Source of the DNA: Selaginella moellendorffii | Lineage: Eukaryota; Plantae; Lycopodiophyta | DNA length: 64,000 nt | Assembly (NCBI RefSeq): GCF_000143415.4 | Contig: NW_003314295.1 | Location: forward strand, 933,038 to 997,037 | Direction: 5' to 3' | Shown here: piece after piece, positions 11,939 through 23,618 of the stretch | Layout of the letters: every line of letters starts with the position of its first letter | Position numbering within the stretch: the stretch's first letter is position 1 | Program-made: the position numbers and the translations under genes | Notes under the pieces: generated by a model | Databases searched by the model: none | What the model was told of the DNA's origin: nothing | The model's input: only the letters and a program-made list of their open reading frames with translations

Positions 11939-14026
11939 CTACAAGTTCACCCATTTCAAGGGGTCCAGTGCCTCACCATTCCTTCTAACTGTAATGAAGT
12001 GATTAAGAAAAGGAATGATTGATCTATCTCCCAGGAACAAACCTTCAAAATGAAGATGAGGCCCAGTTGCGTGCCCCGTGGCTCCTACCGCTGCGACTCG
12101 CTGGCCTCTCGAGACTTGCTGTTACAAAAATAAAACACCCGTTAAAAAAAGCTTAGCAAAACTCACTCCGCAAGTACCTGACCAACGCGAGCATGAATGG
12201 CACAGCAATGCGCGTATCTAGTTACAAACCCTCCTTCATGTTGAATTGCAACCAGGTATCCATATCTGCACGACTAGGTAGAAATGAAGCGACCAGGACA
12301 GAAAGAGAAAAGAATACCCGCCACTCCATCCGGCAAAAGTTACAAGTCCTCTGTTTGATGCAAGGATTGGACTGCCTTTATCTGCCGCAAGATCTACACC
12401 CTGAAACGTGAACTCAAGTTAAAGTTTAGATATGATATGGTGTCGTCATTTACCTCGTGGAAGGCACCCCATCGCCAACCAAACGGGCTACTTATGAACC
12501 TGCATTGGAACGAAGTGTAAATGTTTCACACATCGAAAGTTCCTTACGCGTCAGTAAGAGGAGAACTGAATTGAAATCGCTTGTCTCTTGGTTGTTGGAA
12601 GCCTTTCTTCTTTGTTTTCCATCGCCCTGCCAGATATACGGCTGTAAGAAAATGATTTCCTGAAGTAAACCGGCAGCTACCTTCAAGCTTGATTCCTCCA
12701 CTTGCAACTCTTGCTTTGAACGTGAGAGCCGGACCTCCGACTGGATATTTACTGCTTCCTTGTAGCGAAGACGTGTGCCTGGAGAACAATGGACGACTGG
12801 TCCTCCGCCTGCCGGATCGTATGTCCGAGATGTCTATACTTGTGGGGTCTGTGAAGAACAAAAATTAAATACATCAATGAGTGCAAGGTTTTACCTGAAG
12901 CGATGACAAGGTGGTCGCCTTCGAAAATAGCATCATCCCGCAAATGGTTAAGCTTTTGCAACTCCCTGATGGTTAAACTGGGGAAACGACACCACTTTTT
13001 CGAAAACTAAACAGAATAGAAGAAACATACCCGTTGGCACAAGCTATGTCTGCCAAAGTATCGCCATACCGAACCTTGACGTACTTCAATGGCCCGGGCA
13101 TCGGTTCTTTCCTCCCGGCAATAGGTAAGGGTGTCTCGAGAATGCCATCCAGCAAACCATTCCTTTCTTTGAAGCTTGCTTTCTTTCCAAGGTATGTCCC
13201 GTGCAGACGACGAGAGTGTGCTCTATCAATCTTCAACACACTGTAGAAAAGAAAAGAAACAAAAGTTTAAAGCGATCCATGTAAGGAATGACAAAATGGT
13301 AGCAAACCTTCCCGTGTATATGGTATCAGTCTGTAGATTGTTTAGCCTGCGAAGAGCACTCACAGTGGTCCCATATTTCTCGGCAAGCCACTCCAAAGAA
13401 TCCCCGTCCACGACCTTGTGAACTCGATCTCGATCTCTCCACAAGAAGCTCCCAAGCAGCATGAAGATCTTACTGAGCGTCAGATTCTCGGCTTGGCTAG
13501 AAAACGAAGAATCCTTCACTGTGCTTGCCGTTGCTTCTCGAGCGTTTCTAGTTTGTGTTATAGGCTGCCGGACACTCACCGGAGGAATGCAAACGTTGGA
13601 CGAGGAAGAAACTTGTGGAATCCTGATCCGGCTCCCTACGTGGATACTATCTGGATTGATTAAGTTAGGATTGGCCTTGAGCAATGATCTAGAAAAATCA
13701 CAAGAGAAAGGTTGGCCAAAGAGAACACACGAGCAAAAAGGTAAAGGTACCTCAAATCCACATTGTGACGCCGCCCGATATCATAGAGCCAGTCCCCTCT
13801 TTGTACTTCGTGCTCGGTGAATTGCGCCACCGCCGCTGCCGTGGCCGCGGCCGTGGGACGAACATCGCTCGCGGAAGAGAAATTCTCCGACGAGTCCGAG
13901 ACGAATTTCACCGAGTCCTGGCAATCCGGCCATGAAATTCCACCCCCAGCCAAATCGAAGAACAAGAAGGCATACCTTTGCATTGTATTGTGGCGAAGGC
14001 CGGACGCTGACCAAATCCGACACCAT
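11939..14026 (-). CDS. LysM (x3) + M23 metallopeptidase (NlpD/MepM-like), multi-exon
   Basis: LysM repeats HEVQRGDWLYDIGRRHNV, HKVVDGDSLEWLAEKYGTTV and VKVRYGDTLADIA. The spliced C-terminus FISSPFGWRWGAFHEGVDL..GWSGGYGYLVAIQH..TRYAH..GATGHATGPHLHFEVRRNGEALDP keeps the HxxxD and HxH zinc ligands. Confidence 0.88.
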
Positions 14027-14429
14027 CGCCGCGGGAGCTCGCTGGAAATATCAAGATCCACCCTTAAATCCTCATGGCGCCCTACGATCCTCCCTCGGAA
14101 TTCTCGGAGCCGAAAGAAAGAAAGCCCTCCCGCAATGCGGGTGCTCCATCCCGCTGCCCTAGATCACGCCAAGAAAGCGCCAATCTTCATGCCGGCGGAG
14201 CGTGGGGTCGATCGATCGATCGTGGAGCCGAGGGATGGAATCCACCTGTTTTTTGCTACAAGCTATTTCCTACTGTACTGGCTGATGCGTTGTTTGGAAG
14301 TGATTGAGACGGGCTCGATGGACAGCGTATTATATTTTAGCCCGTCACTGGACATTCTGGGGCGGAATCCGGAATGTCTAGTTTTCTTCCTATGACCTGG
14401 ACGATCCAAGCCCTAATCGCTATGATGCT

Positions 14430-15984
14430 ATGCCACAGGAAAGCGCCGGACTTGTGGAGTGGTGCTGCGTCTGGCCATTCTTCGCCACGTCCATGTGCTG
14501 CAAGGATCGCAAGAAGATCGTCATCGTGTTGCTGGGGCTGGATTCCTCGGGGAAATCCACGCTGCTAGCCAAGCTTCGGTATCCCGCATTTTCTTGTTCT
14601 TTCGAGATTTCTCCCGGAAATCTTGGAGCAGGAAGGAGAAATTCACATCGGTGCTCCCGACGTGTGGATTCTCGTGCAAGAAATGGAAGATCCAGGACTT
14701 CGCCGTCTATGTGTTTGATTTGGGAGGACGCAAGGGATTCCGCGGCATTTGGCCTCACTACTTCGCAGAGGTAAGTATATTTTGCTTTTGCTTACACAGT
14801 GCAGGACATTTTTCCACGGATTCTCTCAGGCCTATGGCGCGATCTTCGTTCTCGATTCCAACGACAAGGCTCGATTCTCCGAGGCCAAAGAGGAGCTCCA
14901 CAACGCTGTGAGCAACACTTACCTGGCTGGAAAGCCTGTTCTCGTGGTGGCGAACAAGCAAGGACCGGGATCGGCAATGCGATTCGACGATATAAAATTT
15001 TCTCTGCGCTCTCTGGAAGCCGCTCACAATCTTGCTGAATGCAAGTGTAATCTACAGGTAAATTTTCTACGTACTATCTCATTAGTTTCTTCTTTCGTTA
15101 GAAGCTCAGGAAGGAGACGCTGCGCTGGATGGAGATTTCCAAGAGGGTCTTCAATGGCTCCTAGAGACCATCCAGCTGCAGTACAAGGAGCTGCGAGACC
15201 GAGTAGACAAAGACTCGTCGGCTCAGGCAAGAGATCTTTTCTTTGTGTTACCCGAGCTTGTTGTGTTAGGATCCTATCCCTTACACCCTAAGCCAACTGG
15301 CTAAAGGGGTGATCACTTGATTGCAGGGCCCTTTCCTTATCTTATTATCCTGACTTGGTGCCTAACAATCCTCCCCCTTATCAGGGAATGATTGTTTGCG
15401 ATCATACTTAGGCCACCATTGTCTGCGATCATACTTAGGCCACCATCCGGTCACCATGGTCCTTCTTTTAGGGTTTACCAAACCTTGGTTCTCCCTCTAG
15501 ATCCACCATGTGAATATTCCTCAAAATATTCCTACCCCACTCGTCAGCCACGAGTATCGAACTAGTATCTGATACCATTGTTAGGATCTTATCCCTTACA
15601 CCCTAATCCAATTGGCTAAAGGGGTGATCACTTGATTGCAGGGCCCTTTCCTTATCTTATTATCCTGACCTGGTGCCTAACATGTTGTGACTAGAGTTAT
15701 CCGCAGCGAGCTCGAGAAAGCAGGCAAAGAAGCGAAAGGCGAGAGCGCATCAAGCTCATGAAGGTCTCAAAGTCACATATTGATTCCCCTGCTCGCTACA
15801 TTTTCTTATGCAGGCTTCTCCGAGACTCCATCCCCCAAAAGGCGAGATCCATCTCTCGAAAGCGGAAGCACCATACCCTGTGGAAGATTTGCTCTCAGAA
15901 CTCGAATCAGGAAAAGAGGCTGTCAACTACGAGTTCCATCAGTCGACAACGTCCTTGCTACTTCCAGGCCAGATTGTCGTGTAA
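14430..15984 (+). CDS. ARL13: ADP-ribosylation-factor-like GTPase, ARL13-like (ciliary), multi-exon
   Basis: GLDSSGKST P-loop, PTCGF, DLGGRKGFRGIW (no catalytic Gln, as in ARL13) and ANKQ. N-terminal CC motifs and a charged coiled-coil-like tail (LQWLLETIQLQYKELRDRVDKD). Start codon and last exons are less certain. Confidence 0.78.
15264..15682 (-). mobile_element. TRIM (terminal-repeat retrotransposon in miniature), 419 bp, inside an ARL13 intron
   Basis: Two 104-bp TG..CA LTRs (15264-15367, 15579-15682) with 4 differences. 5-bp TSD TGTTG, minus-strand PBS TGGTATCAGA and PPT AAGGGGGAGGAT. Confidence 0.95.
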
Positions 15985-16134
15985 GATCGTCCTTTTTTTC
16001 TCTGGTAGAAGTAATATCGTCTTATTGATCGTAACTTTGCGCAGTTAAAACGAGCGGATAAATTCACAGCTTCGTAGCACATCCTTCCTCGACTGCAAAG
16101 AAAAAGGAGAAGAATTTAAGTTCTTACGATCCAC

Positions 16135-17343
16135 TCACTTGGACCGTGTAATTACTTGCTCGGTGAGCTCCGTCAGCGCTCTACGACACAAAGACGCCTT
16201 GTCCGAGGCCGTGGGAGGAAAGGCCGCGACTGCATCGGCGGCCTTGGACGCGTGCTCCCTGGCCAGCTCCTTGGTCTTGCGGATCCCACTGCTCGCCAGC
16301 ACCATCTTGAGCGCACTGTCAACGTCCCCGGGATCCTTGAACTTCCGGTCGATGAGCTCCTGTAGCGCCGGGTGCTCCTCGAGCGCGTAGAGCACCGGCG
16401 CGGTGGCAATCCCCTCCCGCAAGTCGGAGAGCGCGGGCTTCCCCAGCGACGCCTTGGTGCCCGTGAAGTCGAGGAGATCGTCGACGAGCTGATAGGCGAG
16501 ACCGAGGTGGCGGCCATAGTCAAAGGCCAGCGCCGCCACCTCCTTGGGGTGCCCGGCCAGGATGGCGATGCACTTGCAGCTATTGGCGATGAGCGAGGCC
16601 GTCTTGTAGAAGGTCTTCTGGAGGTAGTAGTCCATGCTCGAGCTCTTCTCGGCGTCCACTGTCCACTGCATCACCTCTCCGGCGACTAGATGCTCGAGAA
16701 CTTTGGACATGAGGCCGACCACCTCGTCGTTCTGGAGCGTGGAGAGGCTAAAGGCGGCGCGGGCGAGGAGGAAGTCCCCGGCCAGGACCGCGAGCTTGTT
16801 GCCCATGATGAAGTTGAGCGAGGCGATCCCCCGGCGCGTGTCGGCGTGGTCAAGCACGTCGTCGTGGAGGAGGCTGGCGACGTGGATCATCTCGGTGATC
16901 TCCGCGAGCTTGTGATGGCGCCAGTTCTTCTCATCGCTGGTGGCTGCAGCGGCGGCGGCGCTGGGGAGGACCATTGTGAGAGACGAGGACATGAGGAGGA
17001 GGACCATTGGCCGGAAGCGCTTGCCCTCCACGCCCAGCTTGAAAAAGTACTCGGCGGCGGACGCGAGCTTGGGGACCTCGGCGGCGACCATGTCGCGCAG
17101 CCGCCGCCCTAACTGGGCCATCTCCTCTGCCACTAGACCAAATGGATCCACTTTGTTGTCGACGTCGATCTTCGGCTCGAGCTGGACGAAGCGGCGAGAA
17201 TCCCAGCGCGCCGCCAGTGGCAGGAGCTTTCTTGGACAATCGGCCGCCCAGGGATGCGATTGGATCGCCGCCGGTGTCGCTGTGATGGTCGGCGAGAGTG
17301 ATAGAATCCGGGGGAGAGCGCGGCGCCATACTGTCGCCGCCAT
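16135..17343 (-). CDS. Trans-prenyl diphosphate synthase (GPS/SPS3-PPPS-like), intronless, putative mitochondrial presequence
   Basis: GKRFRP, FARM HVASLLHDDVLD..TRRG, KTFYKTASL and SARM YQLVDDLLDF..LGKP, with an Arg-rich N-terminus. Confidence 0.93.
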   Translation of the reverse strand: MAATVWRRALPRILSLSPTITATPAAIQSHPWAADCPRKLLPLAARWDSRRFVQLEPKIDVDNKVDPFGLVAEEMAQLGRRLRDMVAAEVPKLASAAEYFFKLGVEGKRFRPMVLLLMSSSLTMVLPSAAAAAATSDEKNWRHHKLAEITEMIHVASLLHDDVLDHADTRRGIASLNFIMGNKLAVLAGDFLLARAAFSLSTLQNDEVVGLMSKVLEHLVAGEVMQWTVDAEKSSSMDYYLQKTFYKTASLIANSCKCIAILAGHPKEVAALAFDYGRHLGLAYQLVDDLLDFTGTKASLGKPALSDLREGIATAPVLYALEEHPALQELIDRKFKDPGDVDSALKMVLASSGIRKTKELAREHASKAADAVAAFPPTASDKASLCRRALTELTEQVITRSK

Positions 17344-17495
17344 TGCTAGAGATTTAGGCCTAACCCGGCGCCCGGCGGCTAGGAAATCGCGATAGCGTAC
17401 CCCATTGCGATCGCCTCCTTCCTCGTCGCGTTCTTGTCAGCCGCCGTGCTCTCTTTTTAGGGCTTTGAGGGATTGTAAGGGTTTTCTGGCAAGCT

Positions 17496-18923
17496 ATGGG
17501 GTCGGGCGAGGACGATGACAAGATCAGAGCGTCCAAGAAGACGCTGACGGTGGTCATTGCGGCCATTCTGACGCTGCTCACGAGCTCGCAGGTGCGTACA
17601 TTGCTGGATCCAGTGCCCCGATCGAAATTCTTTCTTTGCAGGGGATTCTTACGGCTCTTTCGCAATCCAATGGAGGCTACGATTACGATTACGCTACCGT
17701 CCCATTCTTGTCCGAGCTGCTCAAGGTGTGAGATCTTGATCATTGTGAATTCCACTAAAGCTGAGGCTTTCGTGGTATTTTAGCTTGCATTTTCGGGAGT
17801 TTTCCTCTGGAACGAAGTGAGATCGTCCAGTAGCACACAGATCACGGGCGATTGGAAGACAATGCGACTGTATCCAATTCCTTCCATCATCTATCTCATT
17901 CACAACAATGTCCAGTTTGCGACACTGACTTACGTGGATACGTCGACCTATCAGATAATGGGTAATCTCAAGATCGTCACGACTGGCATTCTTTTTCGGT
18001 AAGCTCGGGAATTTCTTTTGATATTTGAGCTTTCATGGTTAAGACGTGGTGATCTCATAGTATTATGCTGAAGAAAAAGCTATCGAACTTACAATGGATG
18101 GCCATAGTTCTGTTGACAGTGGGAACCACAACGAGTCAGGTAGAATTTGCATTTGAAAGGAAGACTAAAACGTGTTGTCTTTGAACAGATCAAGGGGTGT
18201 GGAGAGAGCAAATGCGAGAGTTTGTTTGCTGCGCCAATGCAAGGCTACTTGCTGGGAGTTTTATCGGCGTGTCTCTCAGCACTAGCCGGCGTTTACACTG
18301 AATATCTGCTGAAGAAGAACAACGATTCACTTTACTGGCAGAACATCCAGCTTTACGGGTAAGTAGTTTCATGTAGACTTCACACAAGAAGAAGTGTTGG
18401 GCTGATTCAAGCACAGGTTTGGCGTCTTGTTCAACGCCTTGAGACTTAGCGTGGACGACGTGAGTGCCAGCTTCACGAACGGTCCTTGGTGGTTTCGGCT
18501 GTTCAATGGTTATAGTTTTGTTACATGGCTCGTCGTTATCAACCTCGGGTGCACGGGATTGTTGGTTTCTTGGATCATGAAGTACGCGGACAATATCGTG
18601 AAGGTCTGGAAGTTTTGTTTGCGACTCTTGGAAAACTCGCTTGCTTGTGCAGGTTTATTCCACATCTATGGCCATGTTGCTCACGATGGTGTTATCTATT
18701 TACCTCTTCAACCTGCAGCCTACGCTGCAAGTAAGCTATCTTCCCTCTTTGAGCTTTCCTTTTTTTTTTGTTTTTTTTTGCTGATACTGACTTTGGGCGA
18801 CTACAGCTATTCCTGGGAATTATCATATGCTGCATGTCGCTTCAGATGTATTTCACCCCTCCGCATCTTCTCGTTGATTCGCTTCCACAGTCATCGCTTC
18901 CTCTATCCGCCACGAGAACGTAA
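17496..18923 (+). CDS. Nucleotide-sugar transporter (CMP-sialic acid transporter-like), multi-exon
   Basis: LTLLTSSQGIL..YDYATVPFL, YPIPSIIYLIHNNVQF..YQIMGNLKIVTTGILF, SALAGVYTEYLLKK and GLLVSWIMKYADNIVKVYSTS. Confidence 0.92.
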
Positions 18924-19187
18924 GACGCAATTACTTTCTCTTTACAAAGAGCAAAATAGAGGAGAGAGCCTCAGAAAGTATCCTCGAGAAGGTTTGATCT
19001 GCCATTCATTTTTCTTTGCGCTTGTGCACTCACTGTACGTGTTTGCAGGCGAACTTTGTTGCTCACAACTGTAAGAACAAAGAATCAGCACGTCCAGTTT
19101 CAGCGAGGATCACAGAAATTGATCCATCGGGGAAGAAAAGAGAAGCGAAGAAAAAAGCAGCAGCTCTATACACGCGCGACGGCCTCA

Positions 19188-19651
19188 TCACGTATCGCGC
19201 TTGTAGAAATACTCGTTGATGCCCGGGGTAATCTGAAAGTGTTTTCGGGTGTAGAGGTACCGTCTCAGCGCGTGATCATGGTACGCTTTCCCTTCCTTGA
19301 AATTCTGGACAAGCCCCGCCATTCTATCATCCTTGTTAACTCTGTTGGAACAGTGACGAGACGCTGGTCGTGAGGAAAAAATGATTCAAGCATCGCTACC
19401 TGACCTCCGGATTAAGCGTCAAGTTCCTCATGCTCACGAACGACGCCAATCCCACAGCTGCGGCCATAAACGCGATCAAAGGGTATACCTGTTCGATTGA
19501 TCGATCGTCGAGAATTAGAAACTCGTGACAATGCGAGAGAATTGATGCGTCGGGGCCGAAGAAGTGGAGGGGGAAATCGCACCTCGGGCTTTGTCCATCG
19601 CTTGAAGTTCTCAATTTTTCTCCTCGCAATCTCTTTAGCGGAGAAGGCCAT
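19188..19651 (-). CDS. B12D / NDUFA4-like small mitochondrial protein, 3 exons
   Basis: Spliced: RWTKPE|VYPLIAFMAAAVGLASFVSMRNLTLNPEVR|VNKDDRMAGLVQNFKEGKAYHDHALRRYL..ITPGINEYF. Confidence 0.88.
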
Positions 19652-19951
19652 TTTCCTCTTCCCGGGAACAGAGCCCTAACTGTAAGTTGACGTGGCGCGA
19701 AACGTTTGGCTGTAAAGCATCCGCTGGCGCATTGCGAGATGCAATTTGCATTAGCCGTCGATTCAAAGAAGGTGCTTTCTGGATGAGAATATTTCTAATT
19801 CAGTCTCAGAAAACTAGACCTACTGGTTCTGGAGTTGCCGATGGGATCCGCGATTTGGAATCGGCGGATAGGGTAGCTCACAGGGAATAATGGATCTTCG
19901 TGCAAATCCAGGGAGATCGAAGCTCGCCGTGTAAATCGTGGGATTGATCCG

Positions 19952-22578
19952 ATGAGTTCCTCAAGGACGAGCCCGCCCCATCACAGGCACGACGGGACGT
20001 CGCCGCTGCCGCTGGGAATGGACGCCAGTCCTGCTCCTTCGAAATGGGTAAGTTCTTCATCGAAATCTCCTCCCCTAGGTCGATGTCGCTCGAAATATTG
20101 CATGCGCTCGGTCGAATTTCGTGCATTGCGAGCTGAGATTTCCCTCCTCTTTGCAGGACGGCGCCAGCACGATCTGGCCTCACGATCCAAGGACTGGATG
20201 GAGCTACTGTGCGACGATCCCTTCGTGGGTGGTCCTTCCGGAAGCTAAGACAGCAGAGGGTACTTTTATCAATCCCACTGTGGTAATTGGTATCTTTTCG
20301 TTGGAAGGGATTTTGTGGAGCTGAATGGAATTCTCTTGCAGTTCTACAGGGTGCTCGTGGGGATCCAGTCACCGCAAGGTGTGACTTCTGTGCGGGGTAT
20401 CCTGCGACGCTTCAGCGATTTCTTGAAGCTATATGCAGCAGTAAGTAGGTGGTATGGATTGTTTTTAGGACTTTTTATTTATCTAGTCATCTGAATTGGT
20501 GCTTCCAGCTGAAAAGTGCGCTCCGGAAGAAGAAAATCCCTCCAGCTCCTCCCAAGAACACACTGCTTCGTATCAATTCAAGCCAGGCGCTGCTGCAAGA
20601 GGTCTGACTGCGTGCTGCCTTGATGCTGTTCGTTAAATATGACGTTTTCAGACGATTTTTCTCTCAGAGAAGGCATGCATTGGACGATTGGATGAGCAGC
20701 CTTTTGAGCGATATTGAAATCTCTCGGAGTGCTCCTGTTGCTGCGTTTCTGGAGCTCGAGGCCGCTGCCCGTTCAGGTATTTTACTTATTTTTTTCTTCG
20801 GACGGTGCTGATAAATGCCTTTGCAGCTGCGAGCGCTGCCTCTGCTCAAGAGGACAGTGCTTCAGTCATCGCCGGTTTGGCACTCGAAGACTCTGGTCTC
20901 ATTGCTCCCAGTTCACTGTATAATGGCTCTTCGTCGGTAGCTTCTCTCCCGGATTATGCTAGCGATGCCGCTTGCAGCACGTCTGGCGTGAGAACACCAA
21001 CAAGTTTAAGTGAGCTGGGAGTAGAGGTCGAGACAGCAGATGACATAGCCACAGCTCAACGTAAGAAAAAAGGTAAAGACGTAGAACAAGGGTTGGAGGA
21101 TGGCAAACAGGATAGCGAAACGTCCAAGATATTCAGATCAGTAAGTGAAGCAACACTAGATAATTTTCATAGAAGGAAGGATAGCGACAGTGATATAGCG
21201 AGCGAGCAATCCATTCCAATGTCCGTTGAAGGCCCCTCAGACACTTCGTTGGTGCTTGCTGCCGGTATTGAGCGAAGGATGGAAGGGGTGTCCAGTTTTG
21301 AGTCCGACATTTTAAAAGGCGCCTCGGTTTTCTTGCCGGCCGATCAGCGAGCAAACGTAAAGAGAGTCATGGCAGCACTTCAACGCAGATTTGAGATTGT
21401 CAAAGCAGATATGGAAGACTTGATCACGAGATTGAACCAGGAAGTTGCTGTCAAGGGGTTTCTGACCATCAAGGTACACTTTGTTTATCATAGAGTATTT
21501 CGGCTGACAAGAAATCATTGTAGGTGCGAGATCTCGAAGCAGAGCTTGATAATACGCGTCGCAAAAGTCAAGATGTGCTTCAACAAGCTGTCTCTGTGGA
21601 GCGTGAGCGAGTAACTGAACTGCAGTGGGAACTGGAGGACTGTCGTACCGCGTTAATGAACGTCGAAGAGTCTTTGCAAACGGAACGGGTGCGTTTCGTC
21701 GCAGTTTACTTCAGTTCTTAGTGGTCTAATGATTCTCGTTTCAGAACGATAGAGGCATGGAAAGCGAGAGTTTGCAATCTATACGCGTGGAACTCGACAA
21801 TTCAAAGCAGCAGGTTGTTCAACTCCAGGAGAAGCTGGAGTCGTTGGCTAAAGAGCGGGATGCTATAGAGGCTCAAGCTCGTGCAGAGAAGAGAATTCTA
21901 GCAAAGGAGATTAAAACGTTGAGAAAAAACCAACCCGAGCTCAAAGAGGAACTCGACACAGCACTGCGAATCAAAGCCGAGTTGGAGGTGCTTAATCCGA
22001 GCTTTGTGTTGTTTCTAACCTTTCGTGTTTTTCTCATCCAGGGAGTCTTACGGAAGGAGAGAGAAAAGGAAGAGCTAGCGAGAAACTCGAGAGCCAGCTT
22101 CATGCACGAGGTTTCAGCTCTTCGACAACGGCTCCAAGAATGCAGTGTTGACTTCCTTGCCAAGGAAGATGGCGCCAAGAACTCCATCTCGAGCGACGCA
22201 ATGGAGCTTCTCACGACGTCAGATAATCGCATCAATCTCCTGCTCGCAGAAGTAAGCTTTTGTTTATTCCTTTCACCTCTCAAGTTTTTTCCGTCCCAGG
22301 CTCGCTTGATGGCGGAAGAACGTGATGAAGATGAAGATGAGCACTATCCCACCGCGAATGGAGCCACTGCGAACTCGAATCCTCCGGATGGAAGTGGAAG
22401 CGAGGACGCGGTGAACAAGTTCCTGGTGGACATTCTCATCGACAATGCACAGCTCCGAAAGAGCATGAATTCGCTGACGAGGAGCGCTCTTCTCGCGGTC
22501 CAAAAGAGAGACAACATCGAGGGCGCCATGGAGGAGGCGGCTCCCAAGCGCAGCAGCGTGCTCAACAGGTTTTTGTGA
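19952..22578 (+). CDS. PX-domain RAB5 effector, EREX/EREL-like, multi-exon
   Basis: [48 protein letters not shown] and [16 protein letters not shown], followed by a C-terminal coiled coil. Confidence 0.9.
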
Positions 22579-22680
22579 CGATCGATCGAAAGAGAAAAAA
22601 ACTAAAAATTTTGATGCTGTAAATGTTTTGCACAGGTTTTAAGCTAAAGAACTATGTTTTAGGGTTCTTGGAGGTTTTGG

Positions 22681-23298
22681 ATGAACAAGCCCGGGCAAGG
22701 CGGAGGAGGCGCTGCTGCTACCACGGCCGCGGCGGCAGCTGCGACGATCCACCGGCAGCGAGCGCTACTGCAAAGAGCCGATGCGGACATCGCGAATCTC
22801 ATCGACAATTTCGCGCATATGCTCAAGGCGGCCAGGGTAAGCGGGCGATTTCTCTTTTTTCCTGTCCTGGTACCAAATGTAGGGGATTTTCTAGGTGAAC
22901 GATCCCGTGAGGAATGCACAGGAGAACTTCCAGATGGACATCCATGCTTCTAGAGTGGTAAGCCAAAACGAAAAATATTCCATCATTTTTCCTTCAGCCA
23001 AATTTCTTCTCCTCTCATGATCTGATGATTTTCCTTTTTGTTCTTCCAGGTCCAAGCAGCCGACTCGCTTCTCAAGCTTGTCTCGGAGCTCAAGCAAAAC
23101 GCCGTCTTCTCGGATTTCATCTCGCTTAACGAGTGCATCGCCGAGAGGGCCGCCAGATTCGAGGAGCAAAACTCCGACACCGAGAGGCTCCTCTTGAGCG
23201 TCGGCGAGGAGCTGGGCGCGTCGCTGGTAGAGCTCGAAACGCACTACTACAAATCACTACAGAGACTATCGCCGGCGGAGCATCAGGCCCAGGAGTGA
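22681..23298 (+). CDS. MED22: Mediator subunit 22 (SURF5 family), 3 exons
   Basis: MNKPGQGGGG..QRALLQRADADIANLIDNFAHMLKAAR|VNDPVRNAQENFQMDIHASRV|VQAADSLLKLVSELKQ..LVELETHYY. Confidence 0.9.
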
Positions 23299-23352
23299 CG
23301 AGGAAAAAAAAAAGCTCGTCGCGTTTGTTTGTTTATTACAGGGATTTTGGAC

Positions 23353-23618
23353 TCAAGTCACCACAGTCGTGATCTTTTCAGCCTCGAGATCTTTGAAGAA
23401 CTTGTGAATCGGGACGAGTTCCTTCCTCATGAACTCGCGCTTGCCATACGCCCCGCCTGGAACAAGCAAGGATCACTCGCTCAAAAACGCGTCAAAGATC
23501 AAAAAAAAAAAAAAAAACAACGCAAGAGTGGATTTTTACCAACAATTCCCAGGAAGAAACCCATGCCGAGGTTGAAGACGAGGTTCCGGACATCCTTTGC
23601 GCTCATGTGACCCCCCAT
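23353..23618 (-). CDS. Cytochrome c oxidase subunit 5C-like, 60 aa, 2 exons (23618-23540, 23456-23353)
   Basis: A GT-AG intron joins MGGHMSAKDVRNLVFNLGMGFFLGIVG|GAYGKREFMRKELVPIHKFFKDLEAEKITTVVT. One TM helix and an F..LE...I.VV tail as in plant COX5C. Absent from the ORF track. Confidence 0.65.
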
